Shown piece by piece: positions 1 through 15,000 of a stretch of 64,000 nucleotides of DNA; within the stretch, counting starts at the first letter, position 1; each line of letters starts with the position of its first letter. Both the position numbers and the translations under genes were made by a program. The notes beneath the pieces were generated by a model. It did not search any database. It saw only the letters and a list, made by a program, of their open reading frames with translations, and was not told where the DNA came from. This DNA comes from Malacoraja senta (lineage: Eukaryota), in contig JAXLNO010000543.1 in assembly GCA_038087875.1 (NCBI GenBank), forward strand, positions 62,001 through 126,000, given 5' to 3'.

Positions 1-3000
1 TCACTTTTCACGGCTGAATTTTCGTCGCTTGTCTCGTTCTGATATTTCGTCACTTTTCGCATGCTGAATTTTCGTCGCTTTTCGCGTGCTGTATTTTTGT
101 CACTTTTCGCATGCTGAATTTTCGTCGCCTTTCGCGTGCTTCATTTTTTGTCACTTTTCGCATCCTGAACGTTCGTCGCTTTTCGCATGCTGAAGTTTTG
201 TTTCTTTTCGAGTCCTGAAGTTACTTAGCTTTTCGCATCCTGAAGGTTCATAATTTTTCACGTGCTGAATTTTCATCGCTTTTGGCAGGCTGAATTTTCG
301 TCGCATTTCAAGTGCTGAAATTGTATCGCTTTTCACGTGCTGAAATTTTCATCCCTTTATGTGTCCCGATGTTTTGATGCTTTACGCGTCCTGAATTTAC
401 ATCACTTTTTGTGTGCTGAATTTTCGTCGCTTTTCGCGTCCTGAAGGTTTAGTCGCTTTATGCGTCCTCATCTTTCGTCTCTTTTCGCGTCCTGAATTCA
501 CGTCGTTTTTCACGTGGTGAATTTTCGTTGCTTTTTGCATGTAGAATTTTTTTTCGCTTTTTGCATGCTGAATTTTCGTCGCTTTTTGCCTGCTGAATTT
601 TCGTCACTTTTCACGGCTGAATTTTCGTAACTTATCTTGTTGTGATATTTCGACACTTTTCGCGTGCTGAATTTTCGTCGCTTTTCGCGTCCTGTAGGTT
701 CATCATTTTTCACGTGCTGAATTTTCATCACTTTTTGCAGGCTGAATTTTCGTCGCTTTTCAAGTGCTGAAATTTTGTCGCTTTTCACGTGCTGAAATTT
801 TCTTCCCTTTATGTGTCCCGATGTTTTATTGCTTTACGCGTCCTGAATTGACATCACTTTTTGTGTGCTGAATTTTCGTCGCTTTTCGCGTCCTGAAGGT
901 TTAGTCGCTTTATGCGTCCTCATCTTTCGTCGCTTTTCGTGTCCTGAAAGCTCGTCACTTTTCATGTGCTGAATTTGTATCGCTTTCCGCAGGCTGATTT
1001 TTCGTCGATTTTCGTATGCTGAAATTTCGTCGCTTTTCACGTCCAGAAATATCGTCGCTTTATGCGTGCTGAATTTTTGTCGCTTTTCGCATGTTGAATT
1101 TTTGTCGCCTTTTCGTGCTGTATTTTTGCAGCTTTTCGGATGCTGAATTTACGTCGCTTTTCGCGTCCTGAAAGCTCGTCACTTTTCATGTGCTGAATTT
1201 TTATCGCTTTTTGCAGGCTGATTTTTCGTCGATTTTCGTGTGCTGAAATTTCGTCGCTTTTCACATCCTGAAATGTCGTCGCTTTATGCTTGCTGAATTT
1301 TTGTCACTTTTCGCATGCTGAATTTTCTTCGCTTTATGTGTCCCGATGTTTAGTTGCTTTTCGCCTCTTCAATTTACGTCGTTTTTCGCATGCTGAATTT
1401 TCGTCGATTTTCGCATGCTCAATTTTCGTCACTTCGCTTGCTGAATTTTCGTTGCTTTTCACGTTCTGAAATTTCGTCGTTCTTCCCGTGCTGAATTTTC
1501 GTCGCTTTTCTCTTTCTGAAATTTCATTACTTTTTGCGTGCTGAAATTACGTCGCTTTTCATGTCCTGAAGGTTCATCACTTTGGTCGTGCTGAATTTTC
1601 ATCGCTTTTCGCAGGCTGAGTTTCCGTCGCTTTTCACGTGATGTATTTTTTGTCACTTTTCGCATGCGGAGTTTTCGTTGATTTTCGCGTGCTGAATTCT
1701 CGTCGCTTTTCGCGTGCTGAATTTTCATCGCTTTTCGCGTCCTCAATGTTCGTCGCTTTTCGACAGCTAAATTTTCGTAACTTTTCGCGGCTAAATTTTC
1801 GTTGCTTGTCTCGTGCTGAAATTTCGTCACTTTTCGCGTACTGAATTTTCGTCGCTTTTCGCGTCCTGAAGGTTCATCATTTTTCACGTGCTGAATTTTC
1901 ATCGCTTTTCGCAGGCTGAATTTTCATCGCTTGTCTCGTTCTGATATTTTGTCACTTTTCGCGTGCTGAATTTTCGTCGCTTTTCGCGTCCTGAAGGTTC
2001 ATAATTTTTCACGTGCTGAATTTACGTCGCTTTTCTTGTGCTAGATTATCGTCGCTTTTCACGTGCTGTATTTTTGTCACTTTTTGCATGCTGAATTTTC
2101 GTCGCCTTTCGCGTGCTACTTTTAAAAAAAAATTTCACGTACTGAATTTTCATCGTTTTACGCAGGCTGAATTTTCGTCGCTTTTCAGGTGCAGAAATGT
2201 TGTCGCGTTTCACGTGATGAAATTTCCGTCTCTTTATGTGTCCCGATGTTTTGTTGCTTTACGCGTCCTTAATTTACATCGCTATTTGTGTGCTGAATTT
2301 TCGTCACTTTACGCATCCTGGTTTAGTCGCTTTATGCGTCCTCATCTTTCGTTGCTTTTCACGTCCTGAATTCACGTAGCTTTTCCCGTGCTGAATTTTC
2401 GTCGCTTTTCTATTTCGGAAATTTAGTTACTTTTCGCGTGCTGAATTTACGTCGCTTTTCGCGTCCTGAAGGTTCATGACTTTTGTCTTGCTGAATTTTT
2501 GTCGCTTTTCGCAGGCTGAGTTTTCGTCGATTATCATGCTGTATTTTTGTCACTTTTCGCATGCTGAATTTTCGTCGCCTTTCGCTGCTTCATTTTTTAT
2601 CGCTTTTCGCATCCTGAAAGTTCATCTGTTTTGTCATGCCGAAATTTCATCGCTTTTCGCGTGCAGAATTTTCGTCGCTTTTCACGTGCTGAATTTGCGT
2701 CGCTTTTCGCGTCCTGAATGTTCGTCCCTTTTCGCCTGCTGAATTTTCATCACTTTTCACGGCTGAATTTTCGTCGCTTGTCTCGTTCTGATATTTCGTC
2801 ACTTTTCGCATGCTGAATTTTCGTCGCTTTTCGCGTGCTGTATTTTTGTCACTTTTCGCATGCTGAATTTTCGTCGCCTTTCGCGTGCTTCATTTTTTGT
2901 CACTTTTCGCATCCTGAACGTTCGTCGCTTTTCGCATGCTGAAGTTTTGTTTCTTTTCGAGTCCTGAAGTTACTTAGCTTTTCGCATCCTGAAGGTTCAT

Positions 3001-6000
3001 AATTTTTCACGTGCTGAATTTTCATCGCTTTTGGCAGGCTGAATTTTCGTCGCATTTCAAGTGCTGAAATTGTATCGCTTTTCACGTGCTGAAATTTTCA
3101 TCCCTTTATGTGTCCCGATGTTTTGATGCTTTACGCGTCCTGAATTTACATCACTTTTTGTGTGCTGAATTTTCGTCGCTTTTCGCGTCCTGAAGGTTTA
3201 GTCGCTTTATGCGTCCTCATCTTTCGTCTCTTTTCGCGTCCTGAATTCACGTCGTTTTTCACGTGGTGAATTTTCGTTGCTTTTTGCATGTAGAATTTTT
3301 TTTCGCTTTTTGCATGCTGAATTTTCGTCGCTTTTTGCCTGCTGAATTTTCGTCACTTTTCACGGCTGAATTTTCGTAACTTATCTTGTTGTGATATTTC
3401 GGCACTTTTCGCGTGCTGAATTTTCGTCGCTTTTCGCGTCCTGTAGGTTCATCATTTTTCACGTGCTGAATTTTCATCACTTTTTGCAGGCTGAATTTTT
3501 GTCGCTTTTCAAGTGCTGAAATTTTGTCGCTTTTCACGTGCTGAAATTTTCTTCCCTTTATGTGTCCCGATGTTTTATTGCTTTACGCGTCCTGAATTGA
3601 CATCACTTTTTGTGTGCTGAATTTTCGTCGCTTTTCGCGTCCTGAAGGTTTAGTCGCTTTATGCGTCCTCATCTTTCGTCGCTTTTCGTGTCCTGAAAGC
3701 TCGTCACTTTTCATGTGCTGAATTTGTATCGCTTTCCGCAGGCTGATTTTTCGTCGATTTTCGTATGCTGAAATTTCGTCGCTTTTCACGTCCAGAAATA
3801 TCGTCGCTTTATGCGTGCTGAATTTTTGTCGCTTTTCGCATGTTGAATTTTTGTCGCCTTTTCGTGCTGTATTTTTGCAGCTTTTCGGATGCTGAATTTA
3901 CGTCGCTTTTCGCGTCCTGAAAGCTCGTCACTTTTCATGTGCTGAATTTTTATCGCTTTTTGCAGGCTGATTTTTCGTCGATTTTCGTGTGCTGAAATTT
4001 CGTCGCTTTTCACATCCTGAAATGTCGTCGCTTTATGCTTGCTGAATTTTTGTCACTTTTCGCATGCTGAATTTTCTTCGCTTTATGTGTCCCGATGTTT
4101 AGTTGCTTTTCGCCTCTTCAATTTACGTCGTTTTTCGCATGCTGAATTTTCGTCGATTTTCGCATGCTGAATTTTCGTCGCTTTTTGCCTGCTGAATTTT
4201 CGTCACTTTTCACGGCTGAATTTTCGTAACTTATCTTGTTGTGATATTTCGACACTTTTCGCGTGCTGAATTTTCGTCGCTTTTCGCGTCCTGTAGGTTC
4301 ATCATTTTTCACGTGCTGAATTTTCATCACTTTTTGCAGGCTGAATTTTCGTCGCTTTTCAAGTGCTGAAATTTTGTCGCTTTTCACGTGCTGAAATTTT
4401 CTTCCCTTTATGTGTCCCGATGTTTTATTGCTTTACGCGTCCTGAATTGACATCACTTTTTGTGTGCTGAATTTTCGTCGCTTTTCGCGTCCTGAATGTT
4501 TAGTCGCTTTATGCGTCCTCATCTTTCGTCGCTTTTCGTGTCCTGAAAGCTCGTCACTTTTCATGTGCTGAATTTGTATCGCTTTCCGCAGGCTGATTTT
4601 TCGTCGATTTTCGTATGCTGAAATTTCGTCGCTTTTCACGTCCAGAAATATCGTCGCTTTATGCGTGCTGAATTTTTGTCGCTTTTCGCATGTTGAATTT
4701 TTGTCGCCTTTTCGTGCTGTATTTTTGCAGCTTTTCGGATGCTGAATTTACGTCGCTTTTCGCGTCCTGAAAGCTCGTCACTTTTCATGTGCTGAATTTT
4801 TATCGCTTTTTGCAGGCTGATTTTTCGTCGATTTTCGTGTGCTGAAATTTCGTCGCTTTTCACATCCTGAAATGTCGTCGCTTTATGCTTGCTGAATTTT
4901 TGTCACTTTTCGCATGCTGAATTTTCTTCGCTTTATGTGTCCCGATGTTTAGTTGCTTTTCGCCTCTTCAATTTACGTCGTTTTTCGCATGCTGAATTTT
5001 CGTCGATTTTCGCATGCTGAATTTTCGTCACTTCGCTTGCTGAATTTTCGTTGCTTTTCACGTTCTGAAATTTCGTCGTTCTTCCCGTGCTGAATTTTCG
5101 TCGCTTTTCTCTTTCTGAAATTTCATTACTTTTTGCGTGCTGAAATTACGTCGCTTTTCATGTCCTGAAGGTTCATCACTTTGGTCGTGCTGAATTTTCA
5201 TCGCTTTTCGCAGGCTGAGTTTCCGTCGCTTTTCACGTGATGTATTTTTTGTCACTTTTCGCATGCGGAGTTTTCGTTGATTTTCGCGTGCTGAATTCTC
5301 GTCGCTTTTCGCGTGCTGAATTTTCGTCGCTTTTCGCGTCCTCAATGTTCGTCGCTTTTCGACAGCTAAATTTTCGTAACTTTTCACGGCTAAATTTTCG
5401 TTGCTTGTCTCGTGCTGAAATTTCGTCACTTTTCGCGTGCTGAATTTTCGTCGCTTTTCGCGTCCTGAAGGTTCATCATTTTTCACGTGCTGAATTTTCA
5501 TCGCTTTTCGCAGGCTGAATTTTCATCGCTTGTCTCGTTCTGATATTTTGTCACTTTTCGCGTGCTGAATTTTCGTCGCTTTTCGCGTCCTGAAGGTTCA
5601 TAATTTTTCACGTGCTGAATTTACGTCGCTTTTCTTGTGCTAGATTATCGTCGCTTTTCACGTGCTGTATTTTTGTCACTTTTTGCATGCTGAATTTTCG
5701 TCGCCTTTCGCGTGCTACTTTAAAAAAAAATTTCACGTACTGAATTTTCATCGTTTTACGCAGGCTGAATTTTCGTCGCTTTTCAAGTGCAGAAATGTTG
5801 TCGCGTTTCACGTGATGAAATTTCCGTCTCTTTATGTGTCCCGATGTTTTGTTGCTTTACGCGTCCTTAATTTACATCGCTATTTGTGTGCTGAATTTTC
5901 GTCACTTTACGCATCCTGGTTTAGTCGCTTTATGCGTCCTCATCTTTCGTCGCTATTCACGTCCTGAATTCACGTAGCTTTTCCCGTGCTGAATTTTCGT

Positions 6001-9000
6001 CGCTTTTCTATTTCGGAAATTTCGTTACTTTTCGCGTGCTGAATTTACGTCGCTTTTCGCGTCCTGAAGGTTCATGACTTTTGTCTTGCTGAATTTTTGT
6101 CGCTTTTCGCAGGCTGAGTTTTCGTCGATTATCACATGCTGTATTTTTGTCACTTTTCGCATGCAGAATTTTCATCGCCTTTCGCTGCTTCATTTTTTAT
6201 CGCTTTTCGCATCCTGAAAGTTCATCTGTTTTGTCATGCCGAAATTTCATCGCTTTTCGCGTGCAGAATTTTCGTCGCTTTTCACGTGCTGAATTTGCGT
6301 CGCTTTTCGCGTCCTGAATGTTCGTCCCTTTTCGCCTGCTGAATTTTCATCACTTTTCACGGCTGAATTTTCGTCGCTTGTCTCGTTCTGATATTTCGTC
6401 ACTTTTCGCATGCTGAATTTTCGTCGCTTTTCGCGTGCTGTATTTTTGTCACTTTTCGCATGCTGAATTTTCGTCGCCTTTCGCGTGCTTCATTTTTTGT
6501 CACTTTTCGCATCCTGAACGTTCGTCGCTTTTCGCATGCTGAAGTTTTGTTTCTTTTCGAGTCCTGAAGTTACTTAGCTTTTCGCATCCTGAAGGTTCAT
6601 AATTTTTCACGTGCTGAATTTTCATCGCTTTTCGCAGGCTGAATTTTCGTCGCATTTCAAGTGCTGAAATTGTATCGCTTTTCACGTGCTGAAATTTTCG
6701 TCCCTTTATGTGTCCCGATGTTTTGTTGCTTTACGCGTCCTGAATTTACATCACTTTTTGTGTGCTGAATTTTCGTCGCTTTTCGCGTCCTGAAGGTTTA
6801 GTCGCTTTATGCGTCCTCATCTTTCGTCTCTTTTCGCGTCCTGAATTCACGTCGTTTTTCACGTGGTGAATTTTCGTTGCTTTTTGCATGTTGATTTTTT
6901 TTTCGCTTTTTGCATGCTGAATTTTCGTCGCTTTTTGCCTGCTGAATTTTCGTCACTTTTCACGGCTGAATTTTCGTAACTTATCTTGTTGTGATATTTC
7001 GGCACTTTTCGCGTGCTGAATTTTCGTCGCTTTTCGCGTCCTGTAGGTTCATCATTTTTCACGTGCTGAATTTTCATCACTTTTTGCAGGCTGAATTTTC
7101 GTCGCTTTTCAAGTGCTGAAATTTTGTCGCTTTTCACGTGCTGAAATTTTCGTCCCTTTATGTGTCCCGATGTTTTGTTGCTTTACGCGTCCTGAATTGA
7201 CATCACTTTTTGTGTGCTGAATTTTCGTCGCTTTTCGCATCCTGAAGGTTTAGTCGCTTTATGCGTCCTCATCTTTCGTCGCTTTTTGTGTCCTGAAAGC
7301 TCGTCACTTTTCATGTGCTGAATTTGTATCGCTTTCCGCAGGCTGATTTTTCGTCGATTTTCGTATGCTGAAATTTCGTCGCTTTTCACGTCCAGAAATA
7401 TCGTCGCTTTATGCGTGCTGAATTTTTGTCGCTTTTCGCATGTTGAATTTTTGTCGCCTTTTCGTGCTGTATTTTTGCAGCTTTTCGGATGCTGAATTTA
7501 CGTCGCTTTTCGCGTCCTGAAGGTTCATGACTTTTGTCGTGCTGAATTTTTGTCTCTTTTCGCAGGCTGTTTTCGTCGCTTTTCACGTGCTGTATTTTTG
7601 TCACTTTTCGCATGCTGAATTTTCGTCGCCTTTCGCTGCTTCATTTTTTATCGCTTCTCGCATCCTGAAAGTTCATCTGTTTTGTCATGCCGAATTTTCA
7701 TCGCTTTTCGCGTGCAGAATTTTCGTCGCTTTTCACGTGCTGAATTTGCGTCGCTTTTCGCGTCCTGAATGTTCGTCCCTTTTCACCTGCTGAATTTTCA
7801 TCACTTTTCACGGCTGAATTTTCGTCGCTTGTCTCGTTCTGATATTTCGTCACTTTTCGCATGCTGAATTTCCGTCGCTTTTCGCGTCCTGAAGGTTCAT
7901 CATTTTTCACGTGCTGAATTTACGTCCCTTTTCTTGTGCTAGATTATCGTTGCTTTTCACGTGCTGTACTTTTGTCACTTTTCGCATGCTGAATTTTCGT
8001 CGCCTTTCGCGTGCTACATTTTTTTACATTTTTCACGTACTGAATTTTCATAGTTTTTCGCAGGCTGAATTTTTGTCGCTTTTGAAGTGCAGAAATGTTG
8101 TCGCGTTTCACGTGATGAAATTTTCGTCCCTTTATGTGTCCCGATGTTTTGTTGCTTTACGCGTCCTTAATTTACATCGCTTTTTGTGTGCTGAATTTTC
8201 GTCACTTTACGCATCCTGGTTTAGTCGCTTTATGCGTCCTCATCTTTCGTCGCTTTTCGCGTCCTGAATTCACATAGCTTTTCCCGTGCTGAATTTTCGT
8301 CGCTTTTCTATTTCGGAAATTTCGTTACTTTTCGCGTGCTGAATTTACGTCGCTTTTCGCGTCCTGAAGGTTCATGACTTTTGTCGTGCTGAATTTTTGT
8401 CGCTTTTCGCAGGCTGAGTTTTCGTCGATTTTCACATGCTGTATTTTTGTCACTTTTCGCATGGTGAATTTTCGTCGCCTTTCGCTGCTTCATTTTTTTT
8501 TATCGCTTTTCGCGTCCTGAAAGTTCATCTGTTTTGTCATGCCGAATTTTCATCGCTTTTCGCGTGCAGAATTTTCGTCGCTTTTCACGTGCTGAATTTG
8601 CGTCGCTTTTCGCGTCCTGAATGTTCGTCCCTTTTCGCCTGCTGAATTTTCATCACTTTTCACGGCTGAATTTTCGTCGCTTGTCTCGTTCTGATATTTC
8701 GTCACTTTTCGCATGCTGAATTTTCGTCGCTTTTCACGTGCTGTATTTTTGTCACTTTTTGCATGCTGAATTTTCGTCGCCTTTCGCGTGCTTCATTTTT
8801 TGTCACTTTTCGCATCCTGAACGTTCGTCGCTTTTCGCATGCTGAAGTTTTGTTTCTTTTCGAGTCCTGAAGTTACTTAGCTTTTCACATCCTGAAGGTT
8901 CATAATTTTTCACGTGCTGAATTTTCATCGCTTTTCGCAGGCTGAATTTTCGTCGCATTTCAAGTGCTGAAATTGTATCGCTTTTCACGTGCTGAAATTT

Positions 9001-12000
9001 TCATCCCTTTATGTGTCCCGATGTTTTGTTGCTTTACGCGTCCTGAATTTACGTCACTTTTTGTGTGCTGAATTTTCGGCGCTTTTCGCGTCCTGAAGGT
9101 TTAGTCGCTTTATGCGTCCTCATCTTTCGTCTCTTTTCGCGTCCTGAATTCACGTCGTTTTTCACGTGGTGAATTTTCGTTGCTTTTTGCATGTTGAATT
9201 TTTTTTCGCTTTTTGCATGCTGAATTTTCGTCGCTTTTTGCCTGCTGAATTTTCGTCACTTTTCACGGCTGAATTTTCGTAACTTATCTTGTAGTGATAT
9301 TTCGTCACTTTTCGCGTGCTGAATTTTCGTCGCTTTTCGCGTCCTGTAGGTTCATCATTTTTCACGTGCTGAATTTTCATCACTTTTTGCAGGCTGAATT
9401 TTCGTCGCTTTTCAAGTGCTGAAATTTTGTCGCTTTTCACGTGCTGAAATTTTCGTCCCTTTATGTGTCCCGATGGTTTGTTGCTTTACGCGTCTTGAAT
9501 TGACATCACTTTTTGTGTGCTGAATTTTCGTCGCTTTTCGCGTCCTGAAGGTTTAGTCGCTTTATGCGTCCTCATCTTTCGTCGCTTTTCGTGTCCTGAA
9601 AGCTCGTCACTGTTCATGTGCTGAATTTTATCGCTTTCCGCAGGCTGATTTTTCGTCGATTTTCGTATGCTGAAATTTCGTCGCTTTTCACGTCCAGAAA
9701 TATCGTCGCTTTATGCGTGCTGAATTTTTGTCGCTTTTCGCATGTTGAATTTTTGTCGCCTTTTCGTGCTGTATTTTTGCAGCTTTTCGGATGCTGAATT
9801 TACGTCGCTTTTCGCGTCCTGAAGGTTCATGACTTTTGTCGTGCTGAATTTTTGTCACTTTTCGCAGGCTGTTTTCGTCGCTTTTCACGTGCTGTATTTT
9901 TGTCACTTTTCGCATGCTGAATTTTCGTCGCCTTTCGCTGCTTCATTTTCATCGCCTTTCACGTGCTTCATTTTTTTTTTTATCACTTTTCACGTCCTGA
10001 AGGTTCGTTGCTTTTCGTGTGCTGCATTTTCGTCGTTTTTCGCGTGCTGAATTTTTTTTCGCTTTTCGCATGATGAATTTTAGTCGCTTTTCTCTTTCTG
10101 AAATTTCGTTACTTTTCGCATGCTGAATTTACGTCGCTTTTTGCATCCTGAATGTTCATCAGTTTTGTCATGCTGAATTTTCATCGCTTTTCGCGTGCAG
10201 AAATTTTGTCGCTTTTCGCATCCTGAATGTTCGTCGCTTTTCGCCTGCTGAATTTTCGTCACATTTCACGGCTGAATTTTCGTCGCTTGTCTCGTGCTGA
10301 TATTTCGTCACTTTTCGCGTGCTGAATGTTCGTCGCTTTTCGCGTCCTGAAGGTTCATCAGTTATCACGTGCTGAATTTTCATCACATTTTGCCGGCTGA
10401 ATTTTCGTCGCTTTTCATGTGTTGAAATTTTGTCGCTTTTCACGTGCAAAAATTTTCGTCGCTTTATGTGTGCTGAATTTTCATCGCTTTTTGCGTGGTG
10501 TATTCTTGTAGCTTTTCGCATGCTGAATTTTCGTCGCTTTTCGCATGCTGAATTTTCGTCGCTTTTCACGTTCTGAAATGTTGTCACTTTTCGCGTGCTG
10601 AATTTTCGTCGCTTTCCGCATCCTGAAGATTCATTGCATTTTGCCTGCTGAATTTTCCTCACTTTTCGCGTGCTGAATTTTCGTCGATTTATGTGTCCCG
10701 ATGTTTTGTTGATTTTCGCATCCTGAATTTACGTCGCTTTTTGCGTGGTGTATTTTTGTAGCTTTTCGCATGCTGAATTTTCGTCGCTTTTCGCAGGCTG
10801 ATTTTTCATCGAATTTCGTGTGCTGATATTTCGTCGCTTTTCACGTGCTGAAATATCGTCGCTTTATGCGTGCTGAATGTTTGTCGCTTTTCGCATGCTG
10901 AATTGTTGTTGCCTTTTTGTGCATCATTTTCATTGCCATTCGCGTGCTTCATTTTTTAAAATCACTTTTCGCATGCTGAAGTTTCGTCGCTTTTCGTGTC
11001 CTGAACTTACGTTGCTTTTGTTGTGCGGAATTATCGTTGCTTTTCACGTGTTGTATTTTAGTCACTTTTTGCATGCTGAATTTTCGTCGCCTTTCGCGTG
11101 CTTCATTTTTTGTCACTTTTCGCATCCTGAATGTTCGTCGCTTTTCGCATGCTGAATTTTCGTCGCTTTTCGGGTCCTGAATTTACTTCGCTTTACGTGT
11201 GCTGAATTTTCGTTGCATTTCACGATCTGAAATTTCGTCACTTTTCCTGTGCTGAATTTTCATTGCTTTTCTCTTTCGGAAATTTTGTGACTTTTCGCGT
11301 GATGAATTTACGTCGCTTTTCGCATCCTGAAGGTTCACGACTTTTGTCGTGCTGAATTTTTGTCGCTATTCGCAGGCTGAGATTTCGTCGCTTTTCACAT
11401 GCTGTACTTTTGTCACTTTTCGTATGCTGAATTTTCGTCACCTTTCGCATGCTTCATTTTCATCGCCTTTCTCGTGCTTAATTTTTATCACTTTTCGCGT
11501 CCTGAAGGTTTGTCGCTTTTCGCATGCTGAAGTTTCGTTGCTTTTCGCGTCCTGAATTGACTTCGCTTTTCGTGTGCTGAATTTTCGTCGCTTTTCACGA
11601 TCAGAAATTTCGTCACTTTTCACGTGCTGAATTTTCGTCGCTTTTCGCGTGCTGAATTTTCATCGCTTTTCGCGTCCTGAATGTTGGTCACTTTTCGCTT
11701 GCTGAATTTTCGTCACTTTACACGGCTGAATTTTTGTCGATTGTCTCGTTCTGAAATTTCATCATTTTTCACATGCTGAATTTTCGTCGCTTTTGCAGGC
11801 AGAATTTTCGTCCCTTTTCATGTGCTGAAATTTTGTCACTTTTCACGTGCTGCAATTTTCGTCGCTTTATGTGTCCCGATGTTTTGTTGCTTTTCGCATT
11901 GCTGAACTTTTGTCGCTTTCCGCATCCTGAATATTCATCGCATTTCGCCTGCTGAATTTTCCTCACTTTACGCGTGCTGAATTTTCGTCAATTTTCCTGT

Positions 12001-15000
12001 CCTGAAAGCTCGTCACTTTTCATGTGCTGAATTTTTATCGCTTTTCGCAGGCTGATTTTTCAACGAATTTCGTGTGCGGAAATTTCGTCGCTTTTCATGT
12101 CCTGAAATATCGTCGCTTTATGTGTGCTGAATTTTGGTCACTTTTCGCGTCCTGAATTTACGTCGCTTTTTGTGTGTTGAATTAACGTCGTTTTTTGCGT
12201 GTTTCATTTTCATCACTTTTCGCATACTGAAGGTTCGTCGCTTTTCGCATGCTGAATTTTCGTTGCTTTTCCAGTGCATCATTTTCATCGCTTTTCATGT
12301 CCTGAATGTTCGTCGCTTTTCGCATGCTGAATTTCCGTCGATATTCGCGTGCTGAATTTTCATCACTTTTCGCGTGCTGAATTTTCGTCGCTTTTCACGT
12401 TCTGAAATTTCGTCACTTTTCGCGTGCTGAATTTTTGTCGCTTTTCGCGTGCTGAATTTTTGTCGCTTTTCGCATGCTGAATTTCCGTTGCTTTTCCCGT
12501 GCTGAATTTTCGTCGTTTTCTATTTCTGAAATTTCATTACTTTTCGTGTGCTGAATTTACGTCGCTTTTCGCATCCTGAAGGTTCATCACTTTTGTCGTG
12601 CTGAATTTTCATCGCTTTTCACGTTCTGAATAATCATCGCTTTTCATGTCCTGAATGTTCGCCGCTTTTCACCTGCTGAATTTTCGTCACTTTTCGAGGA
12701 TGAATTTTCGTCGCTTGTCTCGTTCTGAATTTTCGTCGCTTTTCATATGCTGAATATTCGTCGCTTTTCGCGTCCTGAATGTTCGTCGCTTTTCGCATGC
12801 TGAATTTTCGTCACTTTTCGCAGGCTGATTTTTCGTCGCTTTTCACGTGCTGTATTTTTTTTGTCACTTTTCGCATGCTGAATTTTCGTCCCTTTTCACC
12901 TGCTGAATTTTCGTCACTTTTCGAGGATGAATTTTCGTCGCTTGTCTCGTTCTGAATTTTCGTCACTTTTCATATGCTGAATATTCATTGCTTTTCGCGT
13001 CCTGAATGTTCGTCGCTTTTCGCATGCTGAATTTTCGTCACTTTTCACAGGCTGATTTTTTGTCACTTTTCACGTGCTGAAATTTTGGTCGCTTTTCGCG
13101 TCCTGAATTTACATCGCTTTTTGTGTGTGGAATTAACGTCGTTTTTTGCGTTTCATTTTCATCACTTTTCGCATACTGGAGGTTCGCCGCTTTTCGCATG
13201 CTGAATTTTCGTTGCTTTTCCAGTGCGTCATTTTCATCGCTTTTCACGTCCTGAATGTTCGTCGCTTTTCGCATGCTGAATTTTCATCGATTTTCGCGTG
13301 CTGAATTTTCATCACTTTTCGCGTGCTGAATTTTCGTCGCTTTTCACGTTCTGTAAATTTTGTCACTTTTCGCGTGCTGAATTTTTGTCGCTTTTCGCGT
13401 GCTGAATTTTTGTCGCTTTTCGCATGCTGAATTTTTGTTGCTTTTCCCGTGCTGAATTTTCGTCGTTTTCTACTTCTGAATTTTCGTCACTTTTCATATG
13501 CTGAATATTCGTCGCTTTTCGCGTCCTGAATGTCCGTCACTTTTCGCATGCTGAATTTCGTCACTTTTCGCAGGCTGATTTTTCGTCGCTTTTCACGTGC
13601 TGTATTTTTGTCACTTTTCGAATGCTGAATTTTCGTCCCTTTTCACGTGCTGAATTTTCACGTGCTGAATATTCGTCGCTTTTCGCGTCCTGAATTTTCG
13701 TCACTTTTCGCGTGCTGAATTTTGGTCGCTTTTCACGTTCTGAAATTTCGTCACTTTTCGCGTGCTGAATTTTTGTCGCTTTTCGCATGCTGAATTTTCG
13801 TCACGTTTCGCATGCTGAATTTTCTTCATTTTGTCTCTTTCTGAAATGTCATTACTTTTTGCATGCTGAATTTACGTCGCTTTTCGTGTCCCGAAGGTTC
13901 ATCACTTTTGTCGTGCTGAATTTTCATCGCTTTTTGCAGGCTGAGTTCGTCGCTTTTCACGTGCTGTATTTTTTGTCACTTTTTGCATGCTGAATTTTCG
14001 TCGCTTTTCGTGTGCTGAATTTTCGTCGCTTTTCACGTGCTGAATATTCGTCGCTTTTCACGTCCTGACTGTTCGTCGCTTTTCGCCTGCTGTATTTTCA
14101 TCACTTTTCGCGGCTGAATTTTCGTCGCTTGTCTCGTTCTGAAATGTCGTCACTTTTCACGTGCTGAATATTCGTTGCTTTTCGCGTCCTGAATGTTCAT
14201 TGCTTTTCGCATGCTGAATTTTCGTCACTTTTTGCGGCTGAATTTTCGTCACTTCTCTCGGTCTTAAATTTCGTCGCTTTTCACGTGCTGAATATTCGTC
14301 GCTTTTCACGTCCTGAATGTTCGTCGCTTTTCACACCTGGAATTTACGTCGCTTTTGTGTTTTGAATTTTCATCGCCCTTTGCGTCCTGAATTTTCGTCA
14401 CTTTCCATGTGATGAATTTTCGTCGCATTTCGCGATCTGAATTTTCATCGCATTTCACATCCTGAAGGATTGTCGCTTTATGCGTACTAAATTTTCGTTG
14501 CTTTTCGAATGCTGAATTTTCGTCGCTTTTCGATTTATGAAATTTTGTCGCTTTTTGCGTCCTGTGACTTTGTCGTTTTTCGTTTCCTGAACTTTCTTTG
14601 CTTTTCGCGTTTTGAATTTTCATCGCTTTTCGCCTCCTGAATTTTCGTTACTTTTAGTGTGCTGAATTTTCATCACTTTTCGTGTGCCGCACTTTTTTTC
14701 GTTTTTCGAGGCCTGAAATGTTGTCACTTTTCGCATCCTAAATTTCCATCGCTTTTGGCATTTTAAATTTTTGACGCATTTCACGTCCTGAAGATTTGTC
14801 ACTTTTCACGTGCTAAATTTTTGGCGCTTTTCGCATGTGATTTCTCGTCGGTTTTCGCGTCCTGAAATGTTGTCGCTATTTGCGTCCTGATTTTCGTCGA
14901 TTTTCATGTGCTGAAATTTCGGCGCTTTTCATGTTTTGAAATTTCAGTGCTTTTTGTGTGCTGAATTTTTGTTTCTTTTTGTGTGCTGAATTTTTGTAAC

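Noticed and set aside
11158..11176. CENP-B box-like TTCG...CGGG
   Set aside because: Spacing is 8 nt rather than 7, the central A is missing, and CGGG variants are rare.
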